The notes: generated by a model from the sequence alone, not told the origin. A stretch of 32,000 nucleotides of DNA from Breznakia sp. PF5-3 (GCF_029504745.1 NZ_JAQFIQ010000009.1:1-32000); one strand, 5' to 3'; numbered from the stretch's first letter, positions 17,774-28,035 are shown. Numbers and translations are program-made.

Positions 17774-18754
17774 ATGGCAATCGTTTCTATGAGACAATTA
17801 TTAGAAGCAGGTGTTCATTTCGGACATCAAACAAGAAAATGGAATCCAAAGATGAAACCATATATTTATGGTTCTAGAAATGGTGTTTACATCATTAATT
17901 TGGAGAAAACATTAACGCAAATTGACACTGCATATGCAGCGCTTAAGCAAATCGCTGAAAAAGGTGGAAAGGTTTTATTTGTTGGAACTAAAAAACAAGC
18001 ACAAGGTACAATCGTTGAGGAAGCTTTACGTTCAGGAAGTTTCTACGTTAACCAAAGATGGCTTGGAGGATTATTAACAAACTATCGTACAATTCAAAAG
18101 CGTGTAAAACGTTTGGTTGAAATTGAAGAAATGGAATCAAGTGGATTGATTGATGTTTATACTAAAAAGGAACAAGCTCAATTCCGCAAGCAAAAAGCAC
18201 GTTTGGAAAATTTCTTAGGTGGAATCAAGGAAATGAAAAAATTACCTGATGCTGTCTTTGTTATTGATCCAAGAGAAGAGCATAATGCAGTAGCGGAAGC
18301 AAAGAAACTTGGAATTCCTGTATTTGCGATGATTGATACAAATTGTGATCCAGAAGAAGTGGATTATCCAATTGCATCAAATGATGATGCAATGCGTTCT
18401 ATTAAATTAATGGTAACACTAATGGCAGATGCAATTGTGGAAGCAAAAGGTGGATTGTTGTCTGTTGCACATAGTTGTGACAATGACACAGAAGTTGATG
18501 TAACAATGGCGGATGTAATTATTAATGTAGAAGAACAAATCGCAGAAAACGAGAGAAAAAGACGTCAAAGATATGAAGAAAGACGTGCTCGTTTCAATAA
18601 GCGTAACAATAGAAGAGATGGTGGAAGAGATGATCGCCGTCCAGCACCTCGTAGAGAGGAAAACACACCTAAAACTGATGAGGTGAAAAAAGAAGCTACA
18701 ACTGAAGTTAAGGAAGCGAAAAGTGAAGTAGCACCAGAAGCAAAAGCTGAATAG
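17774..18754 (+). CDS. rpsB: 30S ribosomal protein S2 with extended charged C-terminal tail
   Basis: [27 protein letters not shown] is a canonical S2 start. 326 aa. The last roughly 100 aa are Asp/Glu- then Arg- then Lys/Glu-rich low complexity. Confidence 0.96.
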   Translation: MAIVSMRQLLEAGVHFGHQTRKWNPKMKPYIYGSRNGVYIINLEKTLTQIDTAYAALKQIAEKGGKVLFVGTKKQAQGTIVEEALRSGSFYVNQRWLGGLLTNYRTIQKRVKRLVEIEEMESSGLIDVYTKKEQAQFRKQKARLENFLGGIKEMKKLPDAVFVIDPREEHNAVAEAKKLGIPVFAMIDTNCDPEEVDYPIASNDDAMRSIKLMVTLMADAIVEAKGGLLSVAHSCDNDTEVDVTMADVIINVEEQIAENERKRRQRYEERRARFNKRNNRRDGGRDDRRPAPRREENTPKTDEVKKEATTEVKEAKSEVAPEAKAE

Positions 18755-18789
18755 TAAAAATAAAATATAACTGAGAAAGGAGTGTATTT

Positions 18790-19680
18790 ATGAATATTAC
18801 TGCTAGTATGGTAAAAGAACTAAGAGAAAAAACAGGCGCAGGGATGATGGACTGTAAAAAGGCCTTGATTGAATGCGATGGAGATATGGAAAAGGCAGTT
18901 GATTGGTTGCGTGAAAAAGGAATTGCAAAAGCAGCTAAGAAATCAGGAAGAATTGCCGCTGAAGGTTTAACACGTGTTGCTGTTGATGGGAACACAGGAG
19001 TTGTTTTTGAAGTGAATTCAGAAACAGATTTCGTTGCTAAAAACGAACAATTCATTGAATTGTTAGACAAAATACAAAAAGCGTTGCTGGCTCAAAAACC
19101 AGCTGATGCTGCAGCAGCTTTAGCAGTTGATGTGGATGGTGAAACACTAGAGACTACACTTGCTAACGCAACTGCTACAATAGGAGAAAGAATTTCATTC
19201 AGACGTCTTCAAGTAGTAGAAAAAAAGGATGATGAATTCTTTGGTAGCTATATGCATATGGGTGGGAAAATTTCTGCTCTTGCAGTATTAAAAGGTGGAA
19301 ATGAAGAAGTTGCAAAAAATATTGCAATGCAAGTTGCTTCTATGGCTCCACAATTTATTTCTCGTGATCATATGCCACAAGAATTTATTGAACATGAAAA
19401 AGGAATTCAACTAGAAATTTTAAAGAATGATGAAAGTCTAAATTCAAAACCTGAAAATGTATTAAAAGGAATTGTTGAAGGAAGATTGTCAAAATCATTG
19501 CAAGATGTAAGTTTGATTGATCAAATTTACTTTAAAAACCCAGATTTAAAAGTTGCTCAATACTTAAAAGAATCTGGTGCAGAAGTTGTAACATTTGTTC
19601 GTTACGCAGTAGGTGAAGGAATCGAAAAACGTGAAGAAAACTTTGCTGAAGAAGTAATGAGTCAAGTTGCAGGAAAGTAA
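18790..19680 (+). CDS. tsf: Translation elongation factor Ts
   Basis: ITASMVKELREKTGAGMMDCKKAL...WLREKGIAKAAKK is a canonical EF-Ts UBA-like N-terminus. AAAGGAG lies upstream. Confidence 0.97.
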   Translation: MNITASMVKELREKTGAGMMDCKKALIECDGDMEKAVDWLREKGIAKAAKKSGRIAAEGLTRVAVDGNTGVVFEVNSETDFVAKNEQFIELLDKIQKALLAQKPADAAAALAVDVDGETLETTLANATATIGERISFRRLQVVEKKDDEFFGSYMHMGGKISALAVLKGGNEEVAKNIAMQVASMAPQFISRDHMPQEFIEHEKGIQLEILKNDESLNSKPENVLKGIVEGRLSKSLQDVSLIDQIYFKNPDLKVAQYLKESGAEVVTFVRYAVGEGIEKREENFAEEVMSQVAGK

Positions 19681-19707
19681 ACCGCTTATCATAAGCGGTT
19701 TTTTTTA
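19680..19707 (+). terminator. Rho-independent terminator after tsf
   Basis: ACCGCTTAT (19681-19689) / ATAAGCGGT (19691-19699) palindrome followed by an 8-nt T-run. Confidence 0.85.
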
Positions 19708-19734
19708 ACTTTTACAAAGAAACGGTATTTACCG

Positions 19735-19763
19735 TAGAAATCCTAGTCTAAATCATGTATAAT
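19735..19763 (+). promoter_or_regulatory. Candidate promoter of pyrH-frr
   Basis: TAGAAA (19735-19740), 17-nt spacer, TATAAT (19758-19763). Confidence 0.4.
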
Positions 19764-19803
19764 TTACTATGGATTAGAAATTAAAAATAAGGAAGGTTTA
19801 AAA

Positions 19804-20517
19804 ATGTACAATCGTGTTCTATTAAAATTAAGTGGAGAAGCATTATCTTCTTCGGAAAACGCATTTGATCCAAAAGTTCTTTCGCAACTTGCGAGTGAAT
19901 TGAAAGAAGTCCATGACTCTGGAGTTGACTTAGCTATTGTAGTGGGTGGTGGAAACTTTATTCGTGGTAAACTTGTTGAACAAATGGGAATTGATCGAGT
20001 ACAAGCAGATTATATGGGAATGTTAGGTACTGTGATTAATGCGATTGCTGTACAAAACGCTCTAGAACAAATCGGTGTACCGACAAGAGTACAATCAGCT
20101 ATTGAAATGCAAAAAGTTGCAGAGCCATTTATCGTTCGTAGAGCAATACGACATTTAGAAAAAGGTAGAGTAGTAATTTTTGGCGCAGGTACAGGATCTC
20201 CATACTTTTCTACTGATACAACTGCAGCATTACGGGCTTCAGAAATTAAAGCTGATGTAATTTTGATGGCTAAAAATGGAGTTGATGGAGTATATGATGC
20301 AGATCCTAAAAAGAATCCTAATGCAAAAAAATATGATAGGTTATCATATATGGATTTGTTAAATCAAGGATTGCAAGTTATGGATTCTACTGCTACAAGT
20401 ATGTGTATGGATAATGATATAGATTTAATAGTATTCAATATGAATGAAAGAGGAAATATCTTGAAAGCAATTCAAGGGACAGCAAGCGGAACCGTAATTT
20501 CTAAGAAAGGAGAATAA
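19804..20517 (+). CDS. pyrH: UMP kinase
   Basis: [20 protein letters not shown] and [14 protein letters not shown] motifs. 237 aa. Confidence 0.96.
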   Translation: MYNRVLLKLSGEALSSSENAFDPKVLSQLASELKEVHDSGVDLAIVVGGGNFIRGKLVEQMGIDRVQADYMGMLGTVINAIAVQNALEQIGVPTRVQSAIEMQKVAEPFIVRRAIRHLEKGRVVIFGAGTGSPYFSTDTTAALRASEIKADVILMAKNGVDGVYDADPKKNPNAKKYDRLSYMDLLNQGLQVMDSTATSMCMDNDIDLIVFNMNERGNILKAIQGTASGTVISKKGE

Positions 20518-20519
20518 TT

Positions 20520-21065
20520 ATGCAAGAAATTTTAAATACAACAAAATCAAAAATGGACAAAGCAATTGAAACATTGCGCCATAATTTAGTGGATATACGC
20601 ACGGGGCGTGCCAATCCTGCAATCTTAGATCGGATTGAAGTGGATTATTATGGGTCGCCAACACCAATTAATCAAATGGCATCGATTCAGGTTGTGGAAG
20701 GTCGTCAATTGATGATTAAACCTTATGATAAATCTTTAGTCAAAGATATGGAAACAGCTATTAATACGAGTGATATTGGATTCCCTGTAATTAACGATGG
20801 AGATGTTTTGAGAATTAATATCCCAACATTAACAGAGGAGACTAGAAAATCATTAAGTAAAGATGCTTCGAAAATTGGTGAGGAAAGTAAGATTGCAATT
20901 CGTAACATTCGTCGAGATGCAAATGATATGGCTAAGAAGAGCAAAGAACTTACAGAGGATTTGAAAAAAGATGCTCAAGAGCGCATTCAAAAAATCACAG
21001 ATGATTATGTGAAAAAAATTGATGACACTGTAAAAGAAAAGATTGATGAGATAATGTCAATCTAA
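20520..21065 (+). CDS. frr: Ribosome recycling factor
   Basis: 181 aa with the IRTGRANPAILD motif. Conserved pyrH-frr-uppS order. Confidence 0.96.
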   Translation: MQEILNTTKSKMDKAIETLRHNLVDIRTGRANPAILDRIEVDYYGSPTPINQMASIQVVEGRQLMIKPYDKSLVKDMETAINTSDIGFPVINDGDVLRINIPTLTEETRKSLSKDASKIGEESKIAIRNIRRDANDMAKKSKELTEDLKKDAQERIQKITDDYVKKIDDTVKEKIDEIMSI

Positions 21066-21069
21066 AGCC

Positions 21070-21092
21070 AACCCACATATGTGGGTTTTCAT
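21070..21092 (+). terminator. Hairpin (leaky terminator/attenuator) between frr and uppS
   Basis: Perfect 18-nt palindrome AACCCACATATGTGGGTT (21070-21087) followed by TTCATTT. The U-tract is interrupted and uppS starts 20 nt later. Confidence 0.45.
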
Positions 21093-21107
21093 TTAGGAGG
21101 ATATCCA

Positions 21108-21800
21108 ATGTTGAAACATGTAGCAATAATAATGGATGGTAATGGACGATGGGCGAAAGCTCATGGCTGGCAACGAACACGTGGTCATAAACAAGGTGCT
21201 GAGACAATTCGAACAATTGCTTTAGAAGCAAATGCTATGGGAATTGAAGCATTAACTTTATATGCTTTTAGTACGGAAAATTGGAAACGGCCACCAAAAG
21301 AAATTGAATATTTATGTAAATTGCCTAAAATGTTTTTTGACCGTTATATTAATGAATTGAATGAGAAAAATATTAAAGTTATGTATATTGGGGAATTGGA
21401 AAAATTCCCAACAGATACAGTAACTGTAATAAAGCGTGCAGTTGAAATGACGAAGCAAAATACAGGTTTAAAATTGGTGATTGCAATTAATTATGGATCA
21501 AGAAGAGAAATTGTTCTAGCTGCACAACATTATGCAGCTGATGTCATTGATGGAAAAGCTAGTTTAGAAATAGATGAAGATGGGTTTGCTCAATATTTGA
21601 TGACAAAAGATTTGCCAGAAATTGATTTACTTATTCGTACGAGTGGAGAACAACGACTATCAAATTATTTGCTTTGGCAATTAGCATATAGCGAGTTCGC
21701 TTTTGTTGAGTATGCATGGCCTGAATTGAATGAAGAAAGGTTTCATGCGATAATAGAAGAGTTCAATACTCGCGATAGAAGATTTGGAGGCATTAAATGA
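21108..21800 (+). CDS. uppS: Undecaprenyl diphosphate synthase (cis-prenyltransferase)
   Basis: HVAIIMDGNGRWA and RTSGEQRLSNYLLWQLAYSEF motifs. Start set at ATG 21108 with AGGAGG 7 nt upstream. Track start 21081 is a GTG inside the hairpin. Confidence 0.95.
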   Translation: MLKHVAIIMDGNGRWAKAHGWQRTRGHKQGAETIRTIALEANAMGIEALTLYAFSTENWKRPPKEIEYLCKLPKMFFDRYINELNEKNIKVMYIGELEKFPTDTVTVIKRAVEMTKQNTGLKLVIAINYGSRREIVLAAQHYAADVIDGKASLEIDEDGFAQYLMTKDLPEIDLLIRTSGEQRLSNYLLWQLAYSEFAFVEYAWPELNEERFHAIIEEFNTRDRRFGGIK

Positions 21801-22567
21801 TAAAACGAATTATAACGGCATTGGCAATTATAGCTTGTGTAATTCCACCTTTAGTAATAGGTGGATACCTTTTATATGCTTTGATTGCTTTGGTGATAAT
21901 TGTGGGAGGTTTTGAGTTGGTAAACCTTTTGGCAAGTCGTAAATTTTTATCCACACCATGGCTGTTTTTATGTTTTAGTATTGTTGTTTTAGCTGTTTTA
22001 GTTCCAGATAAATATAGTTTTTCAGTATTATCGATTTTGATTTTGATATTAATGGCAACGCCTGTTTTTTATAAAAAGATGACGAGTGAAGATTCATTCT
22101 ATGTTATAGCATCCTGCTGTTTGTTATATATGTTAGGTGTTTCATTTTTACATATCTATAATTTTAATGAACTTTATATCTGGTATTTATTGTTAGCAAC
22201 TTATGGTTGTGATACAGGTGCATACTTTGCAGGAAGCTTATTTGGGAAAACAAAATTAATCCCTTCTATTTCACCTAAAAAAACAGTTGAAGGAGCAATT
22301 GGAGGTTGGGTAGTTGGAGCTTTACTATCTTTGCTTTTTGCTTTGTTTATTATAAAAGATATGAATATGTTATTAATGATTTTAGGTTGTTTATGGTTAC
22401 CAATAACTTCTCAAATTGGTGATTTATCTTTTTCAGCAATAAAAAGACATTTTCATGTGAAAGATTTTTCAAATATTTTTCCAGGCCATGGTGGTTTTAT
22501 GGATCGCATTGATTCTTTAGTTTTTAACCTTATTGTATTATCATCTTTTATGGTATTAGTGCTATGA
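21797..22567 (+). CDS. cdsA: Phosphatidate cytidylyltransferase (CDP-diglyceride synthase)
   Basis: Polytopic membrane protein with the CdsA signature SAIKRHFHVKDFSNIFPGHGGFMDRIDS. ATGA overlap with uppS. Confidence 0.93.
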   Translation: MIKRIITALAIIACVIPPLVIGGYLLYALIALVIIVGGFELVNLLASRKFLSTPWLFLCFSIVVLAVLVPDKYSFSVLSILILILMATPVFYKKMTSEDSFYVIASCCLLYMLGVSFLHIYNFNELYIWYLLLATYGCDTGAYFAGSLFGKTKLIPSISPKKTVEGAIGGWVVGALLSLLFALFIIKDMNMLLMILGCLWLPITSQIGDLSFSAIKRHFHVKDFSNIFPGHGGFMDRIDSLVFNLIVLSSFMVLVL

Positions 22568-23718
22568 AAAAGATTATATTATTAGGTGCTACTGGTTCGA
22601 TAGGAACACAGTGTTTGGATGTGGTGTTAGAACATTCGCAAACATATGAAATTATAGCAATGGCATGCGGAAAAAATATAGCAATGTTGGAAAAAATTAT
22701 AAAATCTTATTCAATATGTAAAATATTCAGTGTAAAAGAGAAACAAGATGCTATTTATCTTAAAGGAAAATATCCGGATTGTGATTTCTATTATGGTATG
22801 GATGGGATAATGAAATTACTTGATTTTCCAGGTGATGTAGTGGTAAATGCATTGGTTGGTTTTATTGGTCTTGTACCGTCTTTAAAAACAATTGAAAATG
22901 GAATGGATCTTGCTTTAGCAAACAAAGAAAGTCTTGTAGTTGGTGGAGAATTAATTAAGAAGGCCTTAAATGAGTCTGAAGCTCATATGTATCCTATTGA
23001 TTCTGAGCATTCAGCAATTTTTCAGTGTCTACAAGGAAATGATATAAAAAATGTAGAGCGTTTAATTATTAGTGCAAGCGGAGGAAGTTTCCGTGATTTG
23101 AATAGAGATGAGTTAAAAAATGTTACTGTAGAGCAAGCATTGAATCATCCAAATTGGTCAATGGGAGAGCGTATAACAATTGATAGTGCTACAATGATGA
23201 ATAAAGGATTTGAAGTGATTGAAGCTTACTATTTATTTAACCTTCCTTTTGATAAAATAGATGTTATAATCAATACGGAAAGTATTGTACACTCTATGGT
23301 AGAATATATTGATAGAAGTGTCATTGCTCAATTAGGAAGTGCAGATATGAAGATTCCTATTCAATATGCATTATCTTATCCAAACCGGTTACCTTTGAAA
23401 CAAAGTGAACCATTGGATTTATGCAAAATAGGATCATTACATTTTAAAGAAATGAATTTTGAACGCTATCCATTACTCGCATTAGCATTTGAAGCTGGTA
23501 AGCGTGGAGGAAATAGTGGAGCAATTTTAAATGCGGCTGATGAAGTAGCGGTTGAATTGTTTATTAATCACAAAATTAAATTTTTAGAAATAGAAGAATA
23601 TATTTTTATGGCATATAAAAATATAGAATATATTGAGCATCCTACGATGAACGATATTATAAAAACCGATAAGGATACAAGAGCGTATCTTTATCAATTA
23701 GCGGAGGTTAGTTTATGA
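22564..23718 (+). CDS. dxr: 1-deoxy-D-xylulose 5-phosphate reductoisomerase (MEP pathway)
   Basis: LLGATGSIGTQ NADPH motif, LANKESLV, DSEHSAIFQC and NKGFEVIEA. Confidence 0.96.
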   Translation: MKKIILLGATGSIGTQCLDVVLEHSQTYEIIAMACGKNIAMLEKIIKSYSICKIFSVKEKQDAIYLKGKYPDCDFYYGMDGIMKLLDFPGDVVVNALVGFIGLVPSLKTIENGMDLALANKESLVVGGELIKKALNESEAHMYPIDSEHSAIFQCLQGNDIKNVERLIISASGGSFRDLNRDELKNVTVEQALNHPNWSMGERITIDSATMMNKGFEVIEAYYLFNLPFDKIDVIINTESIVHSMVEYIDRSVIAQLGSADMKIPIQYALSYPNRLPLKQSEPLDLCKIGSLHFKEMNFERYPLLALAFEAGKRGGNSGAILNAADEVAVELFINHKIKFLEIEEYIFMAYKNIEYIEHPTMNDIIKTDKDTRAYLYQLAEVSL

Positions 23719-24776
23719 ATATAATTTTACAAATTTTAAGTTTTGTAATTCTATTGGGAATTATTGTACTCATTCATGAGTTGGGACACTTTATAACGGC
23801 AAAACGTTTTGGTGTCTATTGTGGAGAGTTTTCAATCGGTATGGGTCCGGTTTTATTTAAGAAGCAAATTGGAGAGACTCAATATTCTTTGCGACTTTTA
23901 CCAATTGGTGGTTTTGTTTCCATGGCTGGTGAAGAAGATGATACAAAGAAAGACGAAAACATTCCATTTGAAAGAACGATAAATGGAATTAAAACCTATA
24001 AAAAGGTTATCGTAATGCTAGCAGGTATTATTATGAATATTATTTTAGCTTGGGTAATTTTTATTGGTTTAAGCATGGCAAGTGGTGAAAGAGTATTACC
24101 AGCTGAAGCGGCAGTTGGTGATGTAGTGAAGGATAGCATTGCAGATGAGGCTGGATTCCAACCAGGGGATAAAATTACCAAGTTAACATTTGAAAATGGA
24201 GACAGTGTAAGTGTAGATACGTTTAGCGATGTTGTTACACAGATTAATTACAATCCTGGAGAAACTGTGTTCACAATTGAAAGAGATGGAAAGACACTAG
24301 ATCTTACAGCTACACCAGAATATAATAAACAATCAAAAACATACCTAGTTGGTATCTATGGACCTAAGTCTAAAGTTGAAAAGATATCTATAGGAGAATC
24401 TTTTGTTTATGGTACAGAAGATATGGTATCTTCATCAACTGCATTGTTTGATTCTCTAGGAAGAATTTTTCAAGGAAAAAACCTTGATCAATTAAGTGGA
24501 CCTGTTGGAATTTTCCAAGTAAGTGCACAGGCTGCCGAAAGTGGACTCTCTGTTTATTTACGGTTGTTGGCAATCCTTTCTATCAATATTGGTGTCATGA
24601 ATGCATTACCACTTCCGATTTTGGATGGTGGACGTGTACTAATTACAATAATTGAAAAAATTCGAGGACGTAAACTGAATGAACAGTTAATGAATACGTT
24701 AATGTGGGGTGGCGTTCTTGTTTTGATTGCGCTTATGGTATATGCAACCTTTAATGATGTATTAAAATTATTCTAA
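23715..24776 (+). CDS. rseP: RIP site-2 metalloprotease RseP/RasP (M50 family)
   Basis: HELGH in the first TM region, a central PDZ-like segment, and C-terminal NALPLPILDGG (NxxPxxxLDG). Confidence 0.93.
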   Translation: MNIILQILSFVILLGIIVLIHELGHFITAKRFGVYCGEFSIGMGPVLFKKQIGETQYSLRLLPIGGFVSMAGEEDDTKKDENIPFERTINGIKTYKKVIVMLAGIIMNIILAWVIFIGLSMASGERVLPAEAAVGDVVKDSIADEAGFQPGDKITKLTFENGDSVSVDTFSDVVTQINYNPGETVFTIERDGKTLDLTATPEYNKQSKTYLVGIYGPKSKVEKISIGESFVYGTEDMVSSSTALFDSLGRIFQGKNLDQLSGPVGIFQVSAQAAESGLSVYLRLLAILSINIGVMNALPLPILDGGRVLITIIEKIRGRKLNEQLMNTLMWGGVLVLIALMVYATFNDVLKLF

Positions 24777-24802
24777 AAAGGATACAAATGTATTCTTTTT
24801 TT
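24777..24802 (+). terminator. Rho-independent terminator after rseP
   Basis: AAGGATAC (24778-24785) / GTATTCTT (24790-24797) stem with one G.U pair and a 4-nt loop, followed by a T-run. Confidence 0.65.
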
Positions 24803-24863
24803 GGTTAGGTATTTTTGTTTCAATTCTTATAAATCTGTACTAAAATATAGAAAGGTGATAAAT

Positions 24864-26645
24864 ATGATAAACGAAAGAATAAATGAATTAAGAAAACTAA
24901 TGAAATTAAATGAAGTGGATTTGTACTATATTCCAACTAGTGATTACCATAATAGTGAATATGTTGGATCACATTTTCAAGCTCGTGAATATATGAGTGG
25001 CTTTACAGGTTCAGCAGGGGTGATGATTGTTACTTTAAATCAAGCTTGTTTATGGAGTGATGGACGTTATTACATTCAAGCAGAAGAACAAATTAAAGGA
25101 ACTGAAATCATTTTCAAAAAACAAGGTGAAGTTGGTGTGGAAACGCCATTTGAATTTGTTCGAAGTCAAATACATGAAGGGTTTACTATTGCATTTGATG
25201 GTAAAACCGTTTCTGCACAATTAGGAAAACAATTCGAAAGCTTGGTTAAGAATAATCATGGGAAAGTATTGCATGATGTAGATTTTGTTGGTGATATATG
25301 GAAAGAACGCCCAAATCTAGAGATAAAAAAAGCATTTATATTGGATAAAAAATATGTTGGTGAAACAACGAAGGCAAAGATTTCAAAATTGCGTGAAAAA
25401 TTACATACCTATAGAGTTGCAAACCATTTAATTACAAGTTTAGATGATATTGCATATTTGCTAAACATTCGTGGACGTGATATTCCATCAACACCAGTAA
25501 TTCTATCTTATTTATTAGTAACAGATGATGCGGTAAAATTTTATGTTAATAAAGATAAATTATCATTGGAAGTATTGGAATATCTTTCTATAAACAATAT
25601 TGAAGTTAAACCTTATGCTGATGCGTATGAAGATATTAATAAGATTCAAGGGTCTATTTTAATTGATCCTGAAATCGTGAATTTTTCATTGTATAAAGGA
25701 ATTTCTTCTTCTGTTCAAATCATTGAACAAGAAAACCCTACTATTATGATGAAGGCAATAAAAAATGCAGTTGAAATAGAAAACTTAAGAATTGCTCATA
25801 TCAAAGATGGTGTCGCAATTACCAAGTTTATGTATTGGTTGAAAAAGAATATTGGAACTATGGAAATGGACGAAGTTTCAGTTGCTGATAAATTAACTGA
25901 ATTACGTGCTGAGCAATTACATTATATAGAACCTAGTTTCGATACAATTAGTGCCTACAATGCGAATGCTGCTATGATGCACTATCATGCTACGGATGAT
26001 CACAAAAGTAATTTGAAAGCAGAAGGATTATTACTTGTTGATTCTGGCGGACAATATTTAAATGGAACTACCGATATCACAAGAACCTTTGCCTTGGGAA
26101 AAGTTGATGCAGTGTGGAAACGAGATTTCACATTGGTTTTACGAGGCATGAGCACATTATCAAGGGCAAAATTTTTGACAGGATGTTCAGGTATTAATTT
26201 AGATATTTTAGCTCGCCAACCTTTATGGAATATTGGTATTGATTATCGTTGTGGAACAGGGCATGGAGTAGGTTTTGTTTTAGGTGTTCATGAAGGTCCA
26301 CATGGAATTCGTTGGCGGAAATCATACCGTAAAGAAGATACTCCATTATACCCTGGTATGGTAGTTACAAATGAACCAGGTGTCTATCAAGAGGGAAGTC
26401 ATGGAATTCGCATTGAAAACGAGTTGATTGTGAAAAAAGATGAGTCTAATGAATATGGACAATTTTTAAGTTTTGAAACAATTACGTTTGCTCCAATTGA
26501 TTTAGATATGATTGATGTATCTTTTTTAGACGATGAATCAAAAAGTTGGTTAAATGATTACCACAAACAAGTCTTTGAAAAAGTCAGTCCATATTTAACG
26601 ACTGAAGAAACTACATGGTTGAAAGAATATACTAAAGCGATATAG
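24864..26645 (+). CDS. Xaa-Pro aminopeptidase (M24B, three-domain aminopeptidase P type)
   Basis: C-terminal pita-bread metal-ligand blocks LVDSGGQY, DITRT, HGVGFVLGVHEGP, NEPGVY and IRIENELIV. Long creatinase-N-like N-terminal region. Start at ATG 24864 with AAAGGTGA upstream. Confidence 0.85.
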   Translation: MINERINELRKLMKLNEVDLYYIPTSDYHNSEYVGSHFQAREYMSGFTGSAGVMIVTLNQACLWSDGRYYIQAEEQIKGTEIIFKKQGEVGVETPFEFVRSQIHEGFTIAFDGKTVSAQLGKQFESLVKNNHGKVLHDVDFVGDIWKERPNLEIKKAFILDKKYVGETTKAKISKLREKLHTYRVANHLITSLDDIAYLLNIRGRDIPSTPVILSYLLVTDDAVKFYVNKDKLSLEVLEYLSINNIEVKPYADAYEDINKIQGSILIDPEIVNFSLYKGISSSVQIIEQENPTIMMKAIKNAVEIENLRIAHIKDGVAITKFMYWLKKNIGTMEMDEVSVADKLTELRAEQLHYIEPSFDTISAYNANAAMMHYHATDDHKSNLKAEGLLLVDSGGQYLNGTTDITRTFALGKVDAVWKRDFTLVLRGMSTLSRAKFLTGCSGINLDILARQPLWNIGIDYRCGTGHGVGFVLGVHEGPHGIRWRKSYRKEDTPLYPGMVVTNEPGVYQEGSHGIRIENELIVKKDESNEYGQFLSFETITFAPIDLDMIDVSFLDDESKSWLNDYHKQVFEKVSPYLTTEETTWLKEYTKAI

Positions 26646-26655
26646 GAGGTAATGT

Positions 26656-28035
26656 ATGTACGCAAAAAATGCATGGAATAAGTATGAGTCAAATGAATAT
26701 CAAGATGTTTTCTCGTTTAGTGAAGATTACCGAAAATTTTTATCTGCTTATAAAACAGAACGAGAATGTGTAAATGAAAGTGTACGATTAGCAGAAAAGA
26801 ATGGTTTTAAGAGTTTAGATAAATTGATTAAATCAAAAACACAATTGAAACCAAAGGATAAAGTATACGTTGTAAATAAAGATAAAAACGTTATTCTATT
26901 TGTAATTGGCAATAAGCCTTTTGAAGAAGGAATGCGTATTCTTGGTGCGCATATTGATTCTCCTAGGTTGGACATTAAGCAAAATCCATTATATGAAAGT
27001 AATGATTTCGCATTACTGGATACTCATTATTATGGTGGAATAAAGAAGTACCAGTGGGTAACATTACCCTTGGCTATACATGGTGTTGTTTATCGTAAAG
27101 ATGGAAGCGAAATTGGTTTGAATATTGGTGAAAAAGAAGAAGATCCAGTAGTAGGAATTTCTGATTTATTAGTTCATTTATCAGCAGACCAATTACAAAA
27201 GAAAGCTAGTGTTGTGATTGAGGGAGAAAACCTAGATATTACAGTTGGCAGCATTCCTCTTAAGGATGAAGAAAAAGATGCTGTGAAAGCGAATATATTA
27301 AAACTACTAAAAGAGCGTTATAATTTAGAGGAAGAAGATTTTTTAAGTGCTGAACTAGAAGTGGTGCCTGCTGGACCTGCAAGGGATTATGGATTAGACC
27401 GTTCAATGATTATGGGATACGGTCACGATGATCGAGTTTGTGCTTATACTTCATTACGCGCGATTTTAGATGTTGAAGAATGCGAATACACATGTTGTTG
27501 TATACTTGTCGATAAAGAAGAAATCGGTAGTGTTGGTGCTACGGGAATGCAATCAAAATTTTTTGAAAACGTGATTGCTGAGATGTGTGCATTGCTTAAT
27601 CTCGATACAGATCTTTCGCTAAGAAGAACTTTCACAAATTCTAAAATGTTATCAAGTGATGTAAGTGCAGGATTTGATCCTTTATATGCAAATGTTAATG
27701 AAGCTAAAAATAGTGCGTATTTGGGAAAAGGAGTTGTATTTAATAAATACACAGGATCACGTGGAAAAGGTGGCTGTAATGATGCTAGCCCAGAGTTTAT
27801 AGCAGAGCTAAGAAAGATAATGGATGATAATAATATTCATTTCCAAAGTGCAGAACTTGGAAAAGTTGATCAAGGTGGTGGAGGTACCATTGCCTATATT
27901 TTAGGAAATTATAATATGGAAGTAATTGATTGTGGTGTTCCTGTATTAAATATGCACTCTCCATGGGAAGTGGCATCTAAAGTAGATATTTATGAGGCTT
28001 ATCAAGCTTATAAATGTTTTATATTAGCAAAGTAA
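26656..28035 (+). CDS. M18-family aminopeptidase (aspartyl aminopeptidase/ApeA-like)
   Basis: 459 aa with HIDSPRLD, GYGHDDRVC, DKEEIGS and NMHSPWEV blocks typical of M18 enzymes. AGGAGG lies upstream. Confidence 0.85.
   Translation: MYAKNAWNKYESNEYQDVFSFSEDYRKFLSAYKTERECVNESVRLAEKNGFKSLDKLIKSKTQLKPKDKVYVVNKDKNVILFVIGNKPFEEGMRILGAHIDSPRLDIKQNPLYESNDFALLDTHYYGGIKKYQWVTLPLAIHGVVYRKDGSEIGLNIGEKEEDPVVGISDLLVHLSADQLQKKASVVIEGENLDITVGSIPLKDEEKDAVKANILKLLKERYNLEEEDFLSAELEVVPAGPARDYGLDRSMIMGYGHDDRVCAYTSLRAILDVEECEYTCCCILVDKEEIGSVGATGMQSKFFENVIAEMCALLNLDTDLSLRRTFTNSKMLSSDVSAGFDPLYANVNEAKNSAYLGKGVVFNKYTGSRGKGGCNDASPEFIAELRKIMDDNNIHFQSAELGKVDQGGGGTIAYILGNYNMEVIDCGVPVLNMHSPWEVASKVDIYEAYQAYKCFILAK

Noticed and set aside
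18708-19070. 120-aa minus-strand ORF spanning the rpsB-tsf junction
   Set aside because: It is antisense to two canonical ribosomal/translation genes. Its composition mirrors the complement of Lys/Glu/Ala codons, and there is no start context.
1258-24863. 5'-extended ORF-track starts (1258, 3702, 6631, 7164, 9892, 10901, 11766, 21081, 24801)
   Set aside because: In each case an internal start has a proper SD and gives the conserved N-terminus. The extensions run across terminators or upstream genes.
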